A DNA stretch of 64,000 nt, taken from the IMG/VR virus record IMGVR_UViG_3300031772_000008, one strand, 5' to 3'. The notes beneath the pieces were generated by a model. That model did not search any database, had not been told where the DNA came from, and worked only from the letters and a program-made list of their open reading frames with translations. The translations under genes and the position numbers were made by a program. The DNA is from an uncultured virus (IMG/VR IMGVR_UViG_3300031772_000008) (Duplodnaviria; Heunggongvirae; Uroviricota; Caudoviricetes). Below are positions 18,544-27,916 of this stretch, piece by piece; the first letter of the stretch is position 1; each line of letters opens with the position of its first letter.

Positions 18544-18803
18544 AACCTTACCCAAAACCACATAGAGAAGTTAATACGAAGCTCATGGACGAAATCCGTG
18601 CTTATGGTGTATGTATGCTCAATGGTTATAGCGAATGCTATGGAGGCTTAGATTTACATCATATTAAATCACGCGGCTCAGGGGGAGGCGATGTTCGAGG
18701 GAATCTTATCCTTTTATGCAGAACACACCATCAACTCGCCCACGCGGGTAAAATAAAGAAGCAAATATTGTATGAGTATATTGAAAGACTTGCGCAAGAT
18801 TAG
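18540..18803 (+). CDS. Small HNH endonuclease
   Basis: DLHHIKSRGSGGGD..NLILLCRTHH..AH. Confidence 0.85.
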   Translation: MKPYPKPHREVNTKLMDEIRAYGVCMLNGYSECYGGLDLHHIKSRGSGGGDVRGNLILLCRTHHQLAHAGKIKKQILYEYIERLAQD

Positions 18804-18818
18804 CTTGTATGGTACAAT
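18790..18818 (+). promoter_or_regulatory. Promoter TTGCGC-N17-TACAAT
   Basis: Shares GGTACAATTGTAAC with the 3465 promoter. Confidence 0.55.
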
Positions 18819-18840
18819 TGTAACTGAAAGGTAGGATAAT

Positions 18841-19083
18841 ATGGGAGTATACGACACGATCTCAATACCATGCCCAAAGTGTGGAGAATGGTATTACGCA
18901 CAATCAAAGAGCGGTGAATGCAGTTTGAAAAATATGTCATTGGATGAGGCAGTAAAGAATAATGACCCCGCGTTATATAATGTAAATCGTCATGCGCCGT
19001 TTTTTTGCGATTCATGTCATACTTATTTTAATGTTGCACTTAAAATGACAGCAGTACCAATTATTCTTGATAATATTAAATAG
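18841..19083 (+). CDS. Zn-ribbon protein
   Basis: CPKCG...CDSC. Confidence 0.65.
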   Translation: MGVYDTISIPCPKCGEWYYAQSKSGECSLKNMSLDEAVKNNDPALYNVNRHAPFFCDSCHTYFNVALKMTAVPIILDNIK

Positions 19084-19091
19084 GAGAGTTT

Positions 19092-20126
19092 ATGAAAAAA
19101 CTTATTATTGCTTGTGTTTTTACACTTATTGGTGTTATTTTGCTTTCGAGTGTCGCGAAAGCAGATGGAGTTATTTATTGGGATGGAAATGGTGGTGGAA
19201 ACCTTCCTTGTCAATATGGAGGTTATTGGGTTCTTTCACCTGCTCCTGATGTTACCAACGCTACATTGACTGTAAATGGTTTTGATTATCCTATGTGGAA
19301 GACTGGGAATAACTGGAAAGGAGAAAGCGTTGGATACTTAGATGATAAACTAACAGCTTATGTTACTTATACCGGAGAAACAGATGCACATCTCCAATTA
19401 AGCCACTGCACAGAAGGTACTCCTACACCAACCGATACGGAGGTTCCAAGTGCAACAAATACACCAACATCTACGACAGCAACAGAAACGAGTATACCGA
19501 CTTCAACTGAGACTGCTACTTCAACAAGTTTGAATACTCAAACTGAAACTAATGTTCCTACGATAACACCTGACCCAAATACACCAACATCTACCCAAAT
19601 TTTCACTCCTACTGGTACGCAACATACTCCGACAATAGTTCCGACAAATACTCCGACAATAGTTCCGACAAATACTCCGACAAATACACCGACAGAAACT
19701 ATGACAATAACAAACGATCCACGAACATCAACTCCATTTCCTCCCATTCCAGCCGTTGCAGATAGTAATATTAATTATTCTGGAAAGTATATCGGAGATA
19801 TGACGATTGGTAATATTTTGTTCCCTCTATATAAAGGTATTAACGAAGAGGATGGTTCTCTGATGCTCCCAAGTTTTAACAGAGGTGCTGCTTTATATAA
19901 TAACGTCATATGGGTTCACCGAGAATGGAAAACCGGAGACGTAGATTTAAGAGTAGACTCTGTTGTTACTGTATTAAATACAAGATACATAGTAACGAAT
20001 GTAGAATATCTTCCTTATGGGATATATCCTAGAAATAATGGATTTTATATCGCTACTTGTTATAAAGACTCTTCAGGAGATTGGTCTGGAGTGGCTCTTT
20101 ATAAACTAATGGAGAATGCAAAATGA
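19092..20126 (+). CDS. Exported protein with signal peptide, Pro/Thr linker and sortase-like C-terminus
   Basis: MKK-hydrophobic-AKA signal peptide; (PT/PTNT)n; C-terminal WVH...YIATC. Confidence 0.7.
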   Translation: MKKLIIACVFTLIGVILLSSVAKADGVIYWDGNGGGNLPCQYGGYWVLSPAPDVTNATLTVNGFDYPMWKTGNNWKGESVGYLDDKLTAYVTYTGETDAHLQLSHCTEGTPTPTDTEVPSATNTPTSTTATETSIPTSTETATSTSLNTQTETNVPTITPDPNTPTSTQIFTPTGTQHTPTIVPTNTPTIVPTNTPTNTPTETMTITNDPRTSTPFPPIPAVADSNINYSGKYIGDMTIGNILFPLYKGINEEDGSLMLPSFNRGAALYNNVIWVHREWKTGDVDLRVDSVVTVLNTRYIVTNVEYLPYGIYPRNNGFYIATCYKDSSGDWSGVALYKLMENAK

Positions 20127-20443
20127 TCCCTAACCCTGGCAGTAAAGAAGCGATTGAAATGACCGACGAATATATTTGTAAGGATTGTGGTCACAGAGCG
20201 GGCGACCATGCGGTTAACAACAGATGCCTGAATTGCGATTGTGTTGCAGACCCGTATCTTGAGCAACTTGTTGCCCTCCACGCCGAATTAGTGGAGTGGA
20301 AGTCTGCACATGATAACCTGGCGCGACAACTAAATGCTGCAAATGATGATGTGGAGATTGCGGTGGAGGCGATGGTAAAAACCGAGAGATTGCTGGATAA
20401 TAATTTTGGTTTACGTAATACTATCGCTGCATGGATTTTGTAG
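20123..20443 (+). CDS. Chimeric small Zn-finger/coiled-coil protein
   Basis: N-terminus shared with 25972..26154; body shared with 25235..25567. Confidence 0.6.
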   Translation: MIPNPGSKEAIEMTDEYICKDCGHRAGDHAVNNRCLNCDCVADPYLEQLVALHAELVEWKSAHDNLARQLNAANDDVEIAVEAMVKTERLLDNNFGLRNTIAAWIL

Positions 20444-20748
20444 CCTGTGTCAATAACGAGGCGTTGTGTTTGCTATCGGGATGCAGTGATGTAATCCATG
20501 TAGACGGGATCGGGGGATATGGAGATGGTTGGTTGGAGAGATGTAGAATAAGCCCGGGACTTATGCCGCCTTCGGGCTGGAGTATTGATTGTTTACCCAC
20601 CAGTGGATTACTAAGAATGTGGCCGTCTTCCGGGAAAATATTGTGTGATGCTGCGCTATCATCGTTTGAAATGTATGCAATAGATAAAAACGATAAGCGC
20701 ACATATTCAACAATTGAGACAATAAAAATGATTGAGAGGATAAAATGA
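20431..20748 (+). CDS. Hypothetical phage protein
   Basis: IHVDGIGGYG...WSIDCLP.SGLLRMW; possibly N-truncated. Confidence 0.55.
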   Translation: MDFVACVNNEALCLLSGCSDVIHVDGIGGYGDGWLERCRISPGLMPPSGWSIDCLPTSGLLRMWPSSGKILCDAALSSFEMYAIDKNDKRTYSTIETIKMIERIK

Positions 20749-21479
20749 CGGAACCAAGAGGATCGGAATTAATCAACGAGTTAGCGGCTGCGCTATCGAA
20801 AGCGCAGGGGGAATTTAGAGCCGCCAAGATGGACGCAATCAATCCATTCTTGAAAAACCACTATGCTGACCTCGGCTCCATTATCAAGGCAGCCAAACCC
20901 GCCCTTGCCAAGTATGGATTGGCGGTTACTCAGCCAGCATCCACGGACGGAATGAGCGTAACGGTAACCACCATGCTAATGCACGAAAGCGGTCAATGGA
21001 TGGCAAGCGACATGACGCTCCCCCTGGGCGAAGAAAAGGGGCGGAACATGGCACAGGCAGCCGGGACCATCATCACCTATCTAAGGCGGTACAGTCTATC
21101 AGCCATGGTTGGTATCTACGCTGACGAGGATACCGATGGTGAGAAGCCGAAAGCTGCTACACCCCAGGCACCCCCGAAGGAAAAGTTACGTGACAAGGTT
21201 TACGTTGAGGATGCGCCGCGCTACGAAGATGCTGGAGGGCCAGCCTTTACAGTACCCGCCAATCTGCTAACCACCGATGATATTGACACGGCGACCAACA
21301 GCAAGGGCGAGTTGCTTATCGACCTCCAGACGGACAAGCTGAGCTACATGGCGAATGAATTGTTAAAGAAACCGAAGCCGGGTCAATTTACTCCGCTGAA
21401 ATTGGAAGCCAGGCAAGCTGAATTGAAGGCGATCACGACCATCATCGCTGACCGGAATAAAACAGGAAAGGAGGAATAA
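20745..21479 (+). CDS. erf: ERF-family ssDNA annealing recombinase
   Basis: NPFLKNHYADL; Q.AG..ITYLRRYSL....GI..DEDTDG signature. Confidence 0.92.
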   Translation: MTEPRGSELINELAAALSKAQGEFRAAKMDAINPFLKNHYADLGSIIKAAKPALAKYGLAVTQPASTDGMSVTVTTMLMHESGQWMASDMTLPLGEEKGRNMAQAAGTIITYLRRYSLSAMVGIYADEDTDGEKPKAATPQAPPKEKLRDKVYVEDAPRYEDAGGPAFTVPANLLTTDDIDTATNSKGELLIDLQTDKLSYMANELLKKPKPGQFTPLKLEARQAELKAITTIIADRNKTGKEE

Positions 21480-21480
21480 C

Positions 21481-21696
21481 ATGAAAACTGGAGTTAATGT
21501 AGAGGGGACAAAACCCGAAACGATTGCAGAGATAGGAAAAGCTATCGCATTAATCATGCAACAGAACTGCGACCAAGCAACCATTCAAGTCGCGTTAAAT
21601 GCTTTCCCTGCGGCAATGAAGTGTTTGCCACCCGTGAATATATCTAATAATATATTCTACGGCGGAAAACCCAAGAAGGCTACCCAGGACGGGTAA
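21481..21696 (+). CDS. Hypothetical protein
   Basis: GGAGG RBS. Confidence 0.6.
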   Translation: MKTGVNVEGTKPETIAEIGKAIALIMQQNCDQATIQVALNAFPAAMKCLPPVNISNNIFYGGKPKKATQDG

Positions 21697-21756
21697 GCAT
21701 TCTCCTCACAAGCCGGGTGGTATGCTTGGAGTATCACCCGGTAGAAGGGAATAACG

Positions 21757-22059
21757 ATGAAAGATGAAATTGATATTTTACATGAATATGTTGAACTGAA
21801 AGGTATTGTCACGAAATTTCCTCATGGGACCATTGAAGAAGCCCAAGCAGTTGTTGATTTTGCCAATCAACTAGATGGCTATTTAGAAAACGCCGAAAAT
21901 AGATTTGAATTGGCAAAAGAGGCATTAGAGATTTCTGTATTCCTAATACAGGTTGAGGACGATAAGGATATAAAGGACTGGATAAAAATACAGAGAATAT
22001 TAGAAATATTGGGTATAAGGGAAATAGATGAATCTGTCTTGGTAGAGGAACGAGAATGA
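21757..22059 (+). CDS. Hypothetical protein
   Basis: RBS; operon packing. Confidence 0.6.
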   Translation: MKDEIDILHEYVELKGIVTKFPHGTIEEAQAVVDFANQLDGYLENAENRFELAKEALEISVFLIQVEDDKDIKDWIKIQRILEILGIREIDESVLVEERE

Positions 22060-22268
22060 GCGGAAAAATTGATAGATTAGATGAAATAAAGTTTGAGGAA
22101 TGGATTGTTAAAAATTACCCCGACTTATTTATAGAATGGGAAAACGAATATTCTGAATTTATGGATTTGGATTGTCATATTTATGCTAGTTATCACATTA
22201 TATTCAGAGAGTGGCAGTACTATAAAGAATATATTATATTAGGAAGAATGGGCGGCGTTAATTCGTAA
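22056..22268 (+). CDS. Hypothetical protein
   Basis: ATGA coupling. Confidence 0.55.
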   Translation: MSGKIDRLDEIKFEEWIVKNYPDLFIEWENEYSEFMDLDCHIYASYHIIFREWQYYKEYIILGRMGGVNS

Positions 22269-22347
22269 AAGGGATGGCTTCAGTCCTCGGCAGGTTAACT
22301 AAACGCCATGATAACTGCCCGCCCATTAAATAGAGAGAGAACTATAA

Positions 22348-22824
22348 ATGTTCACCGACCTAAACCACCTTGCATTTCAGCAGCACCTCCGTCAATCCGG
22401 GGATGTATGCTGGTTCGTTGCAAGGTGGTTATGGTCACAGGGTAACACGGTCACGGTGAATAAGATGGTGATAGCCCATGAGCACAAGCAGTGGAAAGCG
22501 TATGCTGATCACGGTGACCTAGAGATTGTCACGGATGGATACAAACAGCGGGTCGAGGTCAAAGGGCTGAAAGTATCGTTCACGTCTGCAAGGGACTGGC
22601 CGTTTCAAGACTTCATCGTGTGCGCTAAACACTCGTTTGACAATGCGCAGCCGAGACCAGCATTTTATATCATCGTGAGTGCTGATAGGCGTGCGCTGGC
22701 TGTAGTGGACACGAAAAACGTCACTAAATGGGAAATAGTGACCAGGATTGATAGCAGGTATCACCAGGTCGAGCAGGATTTTTATACATGCCCATTGGAT
22801 AAGATCCATTGGAGATTGCTATGA
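22348..22824 (+). CDS. PD-(D/E)XK-like nuclease
   Basis: GDL...RVEVKG motif. Confidence 0.55.
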   Translation: MFTDLNHLAFQQHLRQSGDVCWFVARWLWSQGNTVTVNKMVIAHEHKQWKAYADHGDLEIVTDGYKQRVEVKGLKVSFTSARDWPFQDFIVCAKHSFDNAQPRPAFYIIVSADRRALAVVDTKNVTKWEIVTRIDSRYHQVEQDFYTCPLDKIHWRLL

Positions 22825-22972
22825 TACCCCTATACAAATGCGTGAATGGTGATATGATAGTAATGCTTAGGGATGAAGGAAGATAATGTACATACCGCCG
22901 TGTTTCTCCCCTTGTCCCTAAGCAAGACACATTATCTGGAGGAATGCGGCGGTATGTCATTAAGGAGATAGG

Positions 22973-23788
22973 ATGCCTAAATACAGACAGTTACACCTAA
23001 AGTTATTGGATAGTGAAGATTTCAATGATATGCCCGATGATTTCACAAGGTTGTGTTGGGTATTGTTGCCATTAATAGTGGATAGTGAAGGTAGAGGAAA
23101 ATGTCTGACCAACTGGATAAGGTCAAAGATGTTTCCACTTAGAGATAATATAACCGCAGATCAGATTAATGGTGCTTTGAAATGGTTTGTATTACGTGGA
23201 TTGGTGGTGGATTATATAGGGGAAGATGGTGGATATTATTTTTACATCGTAAACTTCAAGAAATATCAGACTGGTTCGGATAAAGAGGGCAAGAGCTATA
23301 TTCCTACGCCCCCCGTAACGTTCCAGAGTATGTCTGTAGTTACTACGGAGTTACTCCGTAGTAACAGCGAAGTAACTCAGAGTAACTCAGAGTCCCTTGT
23401 ATTGTATTGTATTGAATCTGAATTGAATTGTATTGAATCTGAGGAAAAGAAAATATTTACATTCAAGGATGTTGAAAAGGCATTACTCCAGGTATTGAAT
23501 ATCTATCCGCTACCATCGACCTATAACCAGCATTTAGATCATGTGCTGGATCTATTGCAGCATTACGGGTGGGATGAAACGATTGGCAGGCTCACGAAGG
23601 CTAAGGATAACTGGGTTAGCCAGAAGAATAAGACCAACGGGGCGAATTACAAGATCACCAATCCAGCCTGGATAGACTTTGCAATCACGGGGGAGATGGT
23701 AGGAACGCAACCGAAAACGATCAAGCAACAGATTGATGATTATGATCAAAAAAGAATACAGGATTCAATTGAGAGGAATCAAGGATGA
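22973..23788 (+). CDS. Phage replication initiator-like protein
   Basis: N-terminal ..DSEDF...L...DSEGRG...NFKKYQ domain; low-complexity linker carrying DNA repeats. Confidence 0.7.
   Translation: MPKYRQLHLKLLDSEDFNDMPDDFTRLCWVLLPLIVDSEGRGKCLTNWIRSKMFPLRDNITADQINGALKWFVLRGLVVDYIGEDGGYYFYIVNFKKYQTGSDKEGKSYIPTPPVTFQSMSVVTTELLRSNSEVTQSNSESLVLYCIESELNCIESEEKKIFTFKDVEKALLQVLNIYPLPSTYNQHLDHVLDLLQHYGWDETIGRLTKAKDNWVSQKNKTNGANYKITNPAWIDFAITGEMVGTQPKTIKQQIDDYDQKRIQDSIERNQG
23339..23442. repeat. Origin-like inverted and direct repeats inside the initiator gene
   Basis: 12-bp perfect IR 23339-50/23354-65; GTAACTCAGA x2; TTGTATTGAATCTGA x2 (23407, 23428). Confidence 0.7.
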
Positions 23789-24111
23789 CAGACAAACATT
23801 TTCCACCAGAGTTTAAGGGACTGATAGCAGCTCCTACGACAAAGGCAGCGTTCTTTTCGGATATTAAGCCGATGCACGCTCGTGATTGTAAGAACTGCGG
23901 CGGAATTGGCACGATGATACTTTATATCGCTACTGGAGGTCCATTCGTAAATCCACCGGGCGGTATTGCACACTTTGCGAATGACAGATGGTGGTCGGGC
24001 ACGAACATCGAAAAGGCGTGTCCAGATTGCAAAGGGTTAGGCATCGACCCGAATTATGTAGAGAAACCAATAGTTCAACGCGAGCTGGTGTTGACGGACT
24101 TTACGGTATGA
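23785..24111 (+). CDS. Zn-finger protein (CxxCxGxG motifs)
   Basis: CKNCGGIG...CPDCKGLG. Confidence 0.65.
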   Translation: MTDKHFPPEFKGLIAAPTTKAAFFSDIKPMHARDCKNCGGIGTMILYIATGGPFVNPPGGIAHFANDRWWSGTNIEKACPDCKGLGIDPNYVEKPIVQRELVLTDFTV

Positions 24112-24157
24112 TCACACACCCCGTAATGCAACGGGATATAGCGAGAGGAGAGAGAGA

Positions 24158-24664
24158 ATGAAACCACCAAGCCGACAGGGTTCACCTGATGAATTTCAAA
24201 CACCAGGATATGCGCTTAATCCGTTACTGCCATATCTTGATAAGAGATGGGTTATTTGGGAATGTGCCTGCGGAAATAATAATTTAGCAATAGAGCTTAC
24301 AAAGCATGGTTACAAAACTGTTTCATCTGACATATTGGGTGGTTCTGATTTTATGGAATACGAACCACCCTATTGGTATTGTATCGTTACCAATCCGCCA
24401 TACCGTTATAAGCAGGAGTTTTTAGAGCGCGCATATCAACTTGGAAAACCGTTTGCGTTTCTAATGCCATTGACAACACTAGAAACGAGTAAGAGACAAC
24501 GATTATTTGATAGATACGGATTGGAAGTGATATTCATGGATAAGCGGATTAATTTTGAAACACCAAGCGGAAGGGGTAGCGGTTCATGGTTCGCTACTGC
24601 ATGGTTCACCAATGGACTGAATATTGGAAAGCAAATGACGTTTGCACACTTGGAGCAAGCATGA
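24158..24664 (+). CDS. Small DNA adenine methyltransferase
   Basis: DEFQTP, IWECACG (SAM-binding), IVTNPPY. Confidence 0.85.
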   Translation: MKPPSRQGSPDEFQTPGYALNPLLPYLDKRWVIWECACGNNNLAIELTKHGYKTVSSDILGGSDFMEYEPPYWYCIVTNPPYRYKQEFLERAYQLGKPFAFLMPLTTLETSKRQRLFDRYGLEVIFMDKRINFETPSGRGSGSWFATAWFTNGLNIGKQMTFAHLEQA

Positions 24665-24886
24665 AACTCCAACGTAAGGCGATGATAAAACGTGGCATCA
24701 CCAGGAGCGTTATTTGCAAAGGATTAATCAAATGAGTGAGAAAGAAAAGATCAGGCTGGTAGTAAAAGCGATCAGGTGTTATGCAAGCGAGCACTTTGGT
24801 TGGGCAGCTAAGTTTCACCCAGAAGATTATGATAAATGGCTGGCACTTATGGAAACAGCCGACCAATTAGAAAAGGAGCTCACGAA

Positions 24887-25210
24887 ATGAATGATATCGA
24901 ATTGACCCAACTGTTTATAGATTATGCAACTTGTAAGAAAGCCCTGCTCATCCTTGATGCCTGTATTCAAGCCGAGATCTTACAGCGTGCTGAGACGGTA
25001 AAGATAGCAGGAGTGACAGCTAGCTATTTCAAAGCATCCACTGGCACCCCCCAGTATGAGCAGGCTGCCAGGGCTGCAATGCCCCCAGACTTTGACCTGC
25101 TAGCCTACTCAAGTATCAGCACTACGGTAAGCTGGAAAACAGTGTGCGAGGTGCTGGGGATCAAAGCCCCTGCAGGTGAAGAAAAGCCGGCCAAGGTGGT
25201 AATCAAATGA
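24887..25210 (+). CDS. Hypothetical protein
   Basis: AAGGAG RBS before ATG 24887. Confidence 0.65.
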   Translation: MNDIELTQLFIDYATCKKALLILDACIQAEILQRAETVKIAGVTASYFKASTGTPQYEQAARAAMPPDFDLLAYSSISTTVSWKTVCEVLGIKAPAGEEKPAKVVIK

Positions 25211-25234
25211 TGGATCAGGAAGGGAGCGATTAAG

Positions 25235-25567
25235 ATGACTGACGAATATATCTGTAAAGATTGCGGACATAGAGCGGGCGACCATGCGGTCAACAACAGA
25301 TGCCTGAATTGCGATTGCGTTGCAGACCCGTATCTTGAGCAACTTGTTGCCCTCCGCGCCGAATTAGTGGAGTTGAAATCGGCGCATGACAACCTGGCGC
25401 GACAACTAGGTGCTACAAATGATGATGTGGAGATTGCGGTGGAGGCGTTGGTACAAGCCAAGAATGACATAGAAATATACAACATTAGTAGATTATCGCA
25501 CCATAGTATAGACGAAGCCTATGATGTGATAATAACTGCCCTCGCAGAAATAGAAGGGAGCGATTGA
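25235..25567 (+). CDS. Small Zn-finger/coiled-coil protein (paralog of 20123..20443)
   Basis: Near-identical first ~73 aa. Confidence 0.65.
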   Translation: MTDEYICKDCGHRAGDHAVNNRCLNCDCVADPYLEQLVALRAELVELKSAHDNLARQLGATNDDVEIAVEALVQAKNDIEIYNISRLSHHSIDEAYDVIITALAEIEGSD

Positions 25568-25568
25568 G

Positions 25569-25994
25569 ATGAGTGATATTATTAAAGAGAATATGCGCGG
25601 AAAATTATGCCCACATTGTTACGGAACAATCTTTCCTGGTGAGTTTCATAGTTGTCCAGCAGAAACGAGTGACTTTACTTTATTGCGTAAAGAGAATGAC
25701 GCCCTCCGCGCTCAACATGTTGCAGAGATGGAGGCGAAAGTTGAGGCATTGGAGTGGCGTGATAAGGAAATTTGCACCCTCCGCAAGCAGTTGGGTGCTT
25801 CAAAAGACACTATCAGGATGCTTTTATCACTTCTGCCAGACAGTCATCATATAGATAACTGTTGGAATTGGTGTTGGGACGAGCTAAATGGGGATGCACA
25901 AGACGCTGTAAAGAATGGGCGTAATGAGGCTAATAAAGTCCTTGCTAACATCAATCGGATTGGAGGCGTGAATGATACCAAACCCAGGCAGTAA
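25569..25994 (+). CDS. Zn-finger/coiled-coil hypothetical protein
   Basis: CPHC..HSC; GGGAG RBS. Confidence 0.6.
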   Translation: MSDIIKENMRGKLCPHCYGTIFPGEFHSCPAETSDFTLLRKENDALRAQHVAEMEAKVEALEWRDKEICTLRKQLGASKDTIRMLLSLLPDSHHIDNCWNWCWDELNGDAQDAVKNGRNEANKVLANINRIGGVNDTKPRQ

Positions 25995-26154
25995 AGAAGC
26001 AATAGAGATAAATTGCGTTTGCCCAATTCTTGACAACAATTTCGGCGCAGGCATCGGCAAGGACTTGGATGGGACGACGTTATTCTGGTATAACTCAGAT
26101 TGCCCGATACACGGGAAATTGCTGACAGAAGATACGGAGGAAGAGGAAGGATAA
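25972..26154 (+). CDS. Small conserved phage protein (PNPGS.EA...C.CP.LDN..G family)
   Basis: GGAGG RBS; typical motif ending in CPIHG. Confidence 0.7.
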   Translation: MIPNPGSKEAIEINCVCPILDNNFGAGIGKDLDGTTLFWYNSDCPIHGKLLTEDTEEEEG

Positions 26155-26534
26155 AATGTTAGAGAAAATATGGATTTGGATTGCATGGAAATTGCCAAAG
26201 GATTTAGTAAAGTGGGTAATATCGAGGGCGTTTGCTAATGCAACTACTGGAATATACAGTAATACGGAGTGCACCAGTATAACTGCCGTAGAAGTTATGC
26301 AACGATGGATGAAGAGAGGCTAAAATGTTACAATCGATTAACTTACTCGGACTTGGAATATTGCTTTTGATTTGCATATTTGCACTAGTTTACAGCCATG
26401 ACGAGATAAACCACCGGAGGGATGAATGATATACATCTGTGGAGTATTGTTAGTAGGGATGGTGCTAATTGCGTTTGTGGGTTACGCCTGTTGCGTTGTG
26501 GCTGGTAGGGCTGATGATATTGCGGAGCAAAGAG

Positions 26535-27650
26535 ATGGAATACGCCGTTCCTAAAATACCGATCCTTGAGTTAAAGAGTCAATACAAAGAAATCAAAGGA
26601 GAGATTTACGAGGCTATTTATAGAGTCCTCGATAAACAAGATTTCATCCTCGGGGAAGAGGTCGAGAAGCTAGAGGAAGAGATTGCTCAATATTGCGGGG
26701 TAAAGTACGCCGTAGGGACGTCTAGCGGAACGGACGCGCTTACAATCGCTTTGATGGCTTTAGGTATTAAACAGGGTGACGAAGTTATCACAACGCCCTA
26801 TACGTTCTTCTCTACATCCTCCTCTATAATAAGACTTGGCGCTAAACCAATATACGTGGATATAAAACCAGGCACTTTCAACATGGATGCAGACGAAGTG
26901 GAAAGCAAGATAAACTGTAGGACAAGAGCTATCCTTCCTGTTCACTTCGCAGGACAAATGTGCGACATGGACACTCTATCGGATATTTCGCTAAACTACG
27001 ATATACCCATCATAGAGGACTCTGCACAATCTATCGGGGCTACGTATTACGGAAGAAAAGCAGGTTCTATCGGGAATATAGGAGCGTTTTCTTTTTACCC
27101 ATCCAAGAACTTAGGCGCGTACGGAGACGCGGGTATGTGTGTAACGAATAACAAAGAATTAGCCCACAAGATGAGGATTCTTAGAAATCATGGTCAGTCT
27201 CCGAGAGACTACCATGTGATGATGAGCGGGAATCACCGTATGGACGAATTGCAAGCAGCGGTATTGAGAGTGAAACTAAAACATTTGGATGAGTGGATAG
27301 AGAAAAGACGAGACCACGCGCATTTATATAAGCAATTGTTTTACGAGTACAAGAGCAATATTATAACTCCCGAAGAAAACGATTGGCATACTTTTCATCT
27401 GTTTCTTATCTTATCTGGTAAACGATATAGAATTATGAAAAGCCTTGATCTAAGAGGAATAGGTTATGGTGTTTATTACCCCACTCCTCTTCATTTACAA
27501 CCATGCTTAGAGTACTTAGGTTACAAGAAAGGAGACTTTCCAGAAAGCGAGAGTGCATCTTTAGAGAACTTGGCTCTTCCAGTATTTCCTGAATTAACAG
27601 ACGACAATATAAGATTTATTGTTGAGACGATACATGGAGCATCGACATGA
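26535..27650 (+). CDS. DegT/DnrJ/EryC1/StrS sugar aminotransferase
   Basis: SSGTDAL, PVHFAG, IEDSAQ, FSFYPSKNLGAYGDAG (PLP lysine), LALPVFPEL. Confidence 0.95.
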   Translation: MEYAVPKIPILELKSQYKEIKGEIYEAIYRVLDKQDFILGEEVEKLEEEIAQYCGVKYAVGTSSGTDALTIALMALGIKQGDEVITTPYTFFSTSSSIIRLGAKPIYVDIKPGTFNMDADEVESKINCRTRAILPVHFAGQMCDMDTLSDISLNYDIPIIEDSAQSIGATYYGRKAGSIGNIGAFSFYPSKNLGAYGDAGMCVTNNKELAHKMRILRNHGQSPRDYHVMMSGNHRMDELQAAVLRVKLKHLDEWIEKRRDHAHLYKQLFYEYKSNIITPEENDWHTFHLFLILSGKRYRIMKSLDLRGIGYGVYYPTPLHLQPCLEYLGYKKGDFPESESASLENLALPVFPELTDDNIRFIVETIHGAST

Positions 27651-27916
27651 ACAAATTTATTATTTCCAATGACTTATGCGAGTTGTGTATGAGCGAGTAT
27701 ATGTCTGTACAATCCGATAAACGCCTTAAACATATTTCAAATAATCAGAATAAGACCGAAGAAGCTCATAAAATAATCATGGAATCAATCAAGATACCTT
27801 CGAAACCATGTGTAAAATATTCGTGCAGAGAGTTACCGTTCACTTCTCATAATATTTGCGTGGATCACTTATACAAAATGATAGACGCTATAAAAGAAAA
27901 CGAAGAAGAATTTTAG
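27647..27916 (+). CDS. Hypothetical protein
   Basis: Coupled to the aminotransferase; last plus-strand gene before the convergence point. Confidence 0.55.
   Translation: MNKFIISNDLCELCMSEYMSVQSDKRLKHISNNQNKTEEAHKIIMESIKIPSKPCVKYSCRELPFTSHNICVDHLYKMIDAIKENEEEF

Noticed and set aside
20159..25453. Diversity-generating retroelement TR/VR pair
   Set aside because: Differences are not adenine-specific, many are synonymous, and no RT is present.
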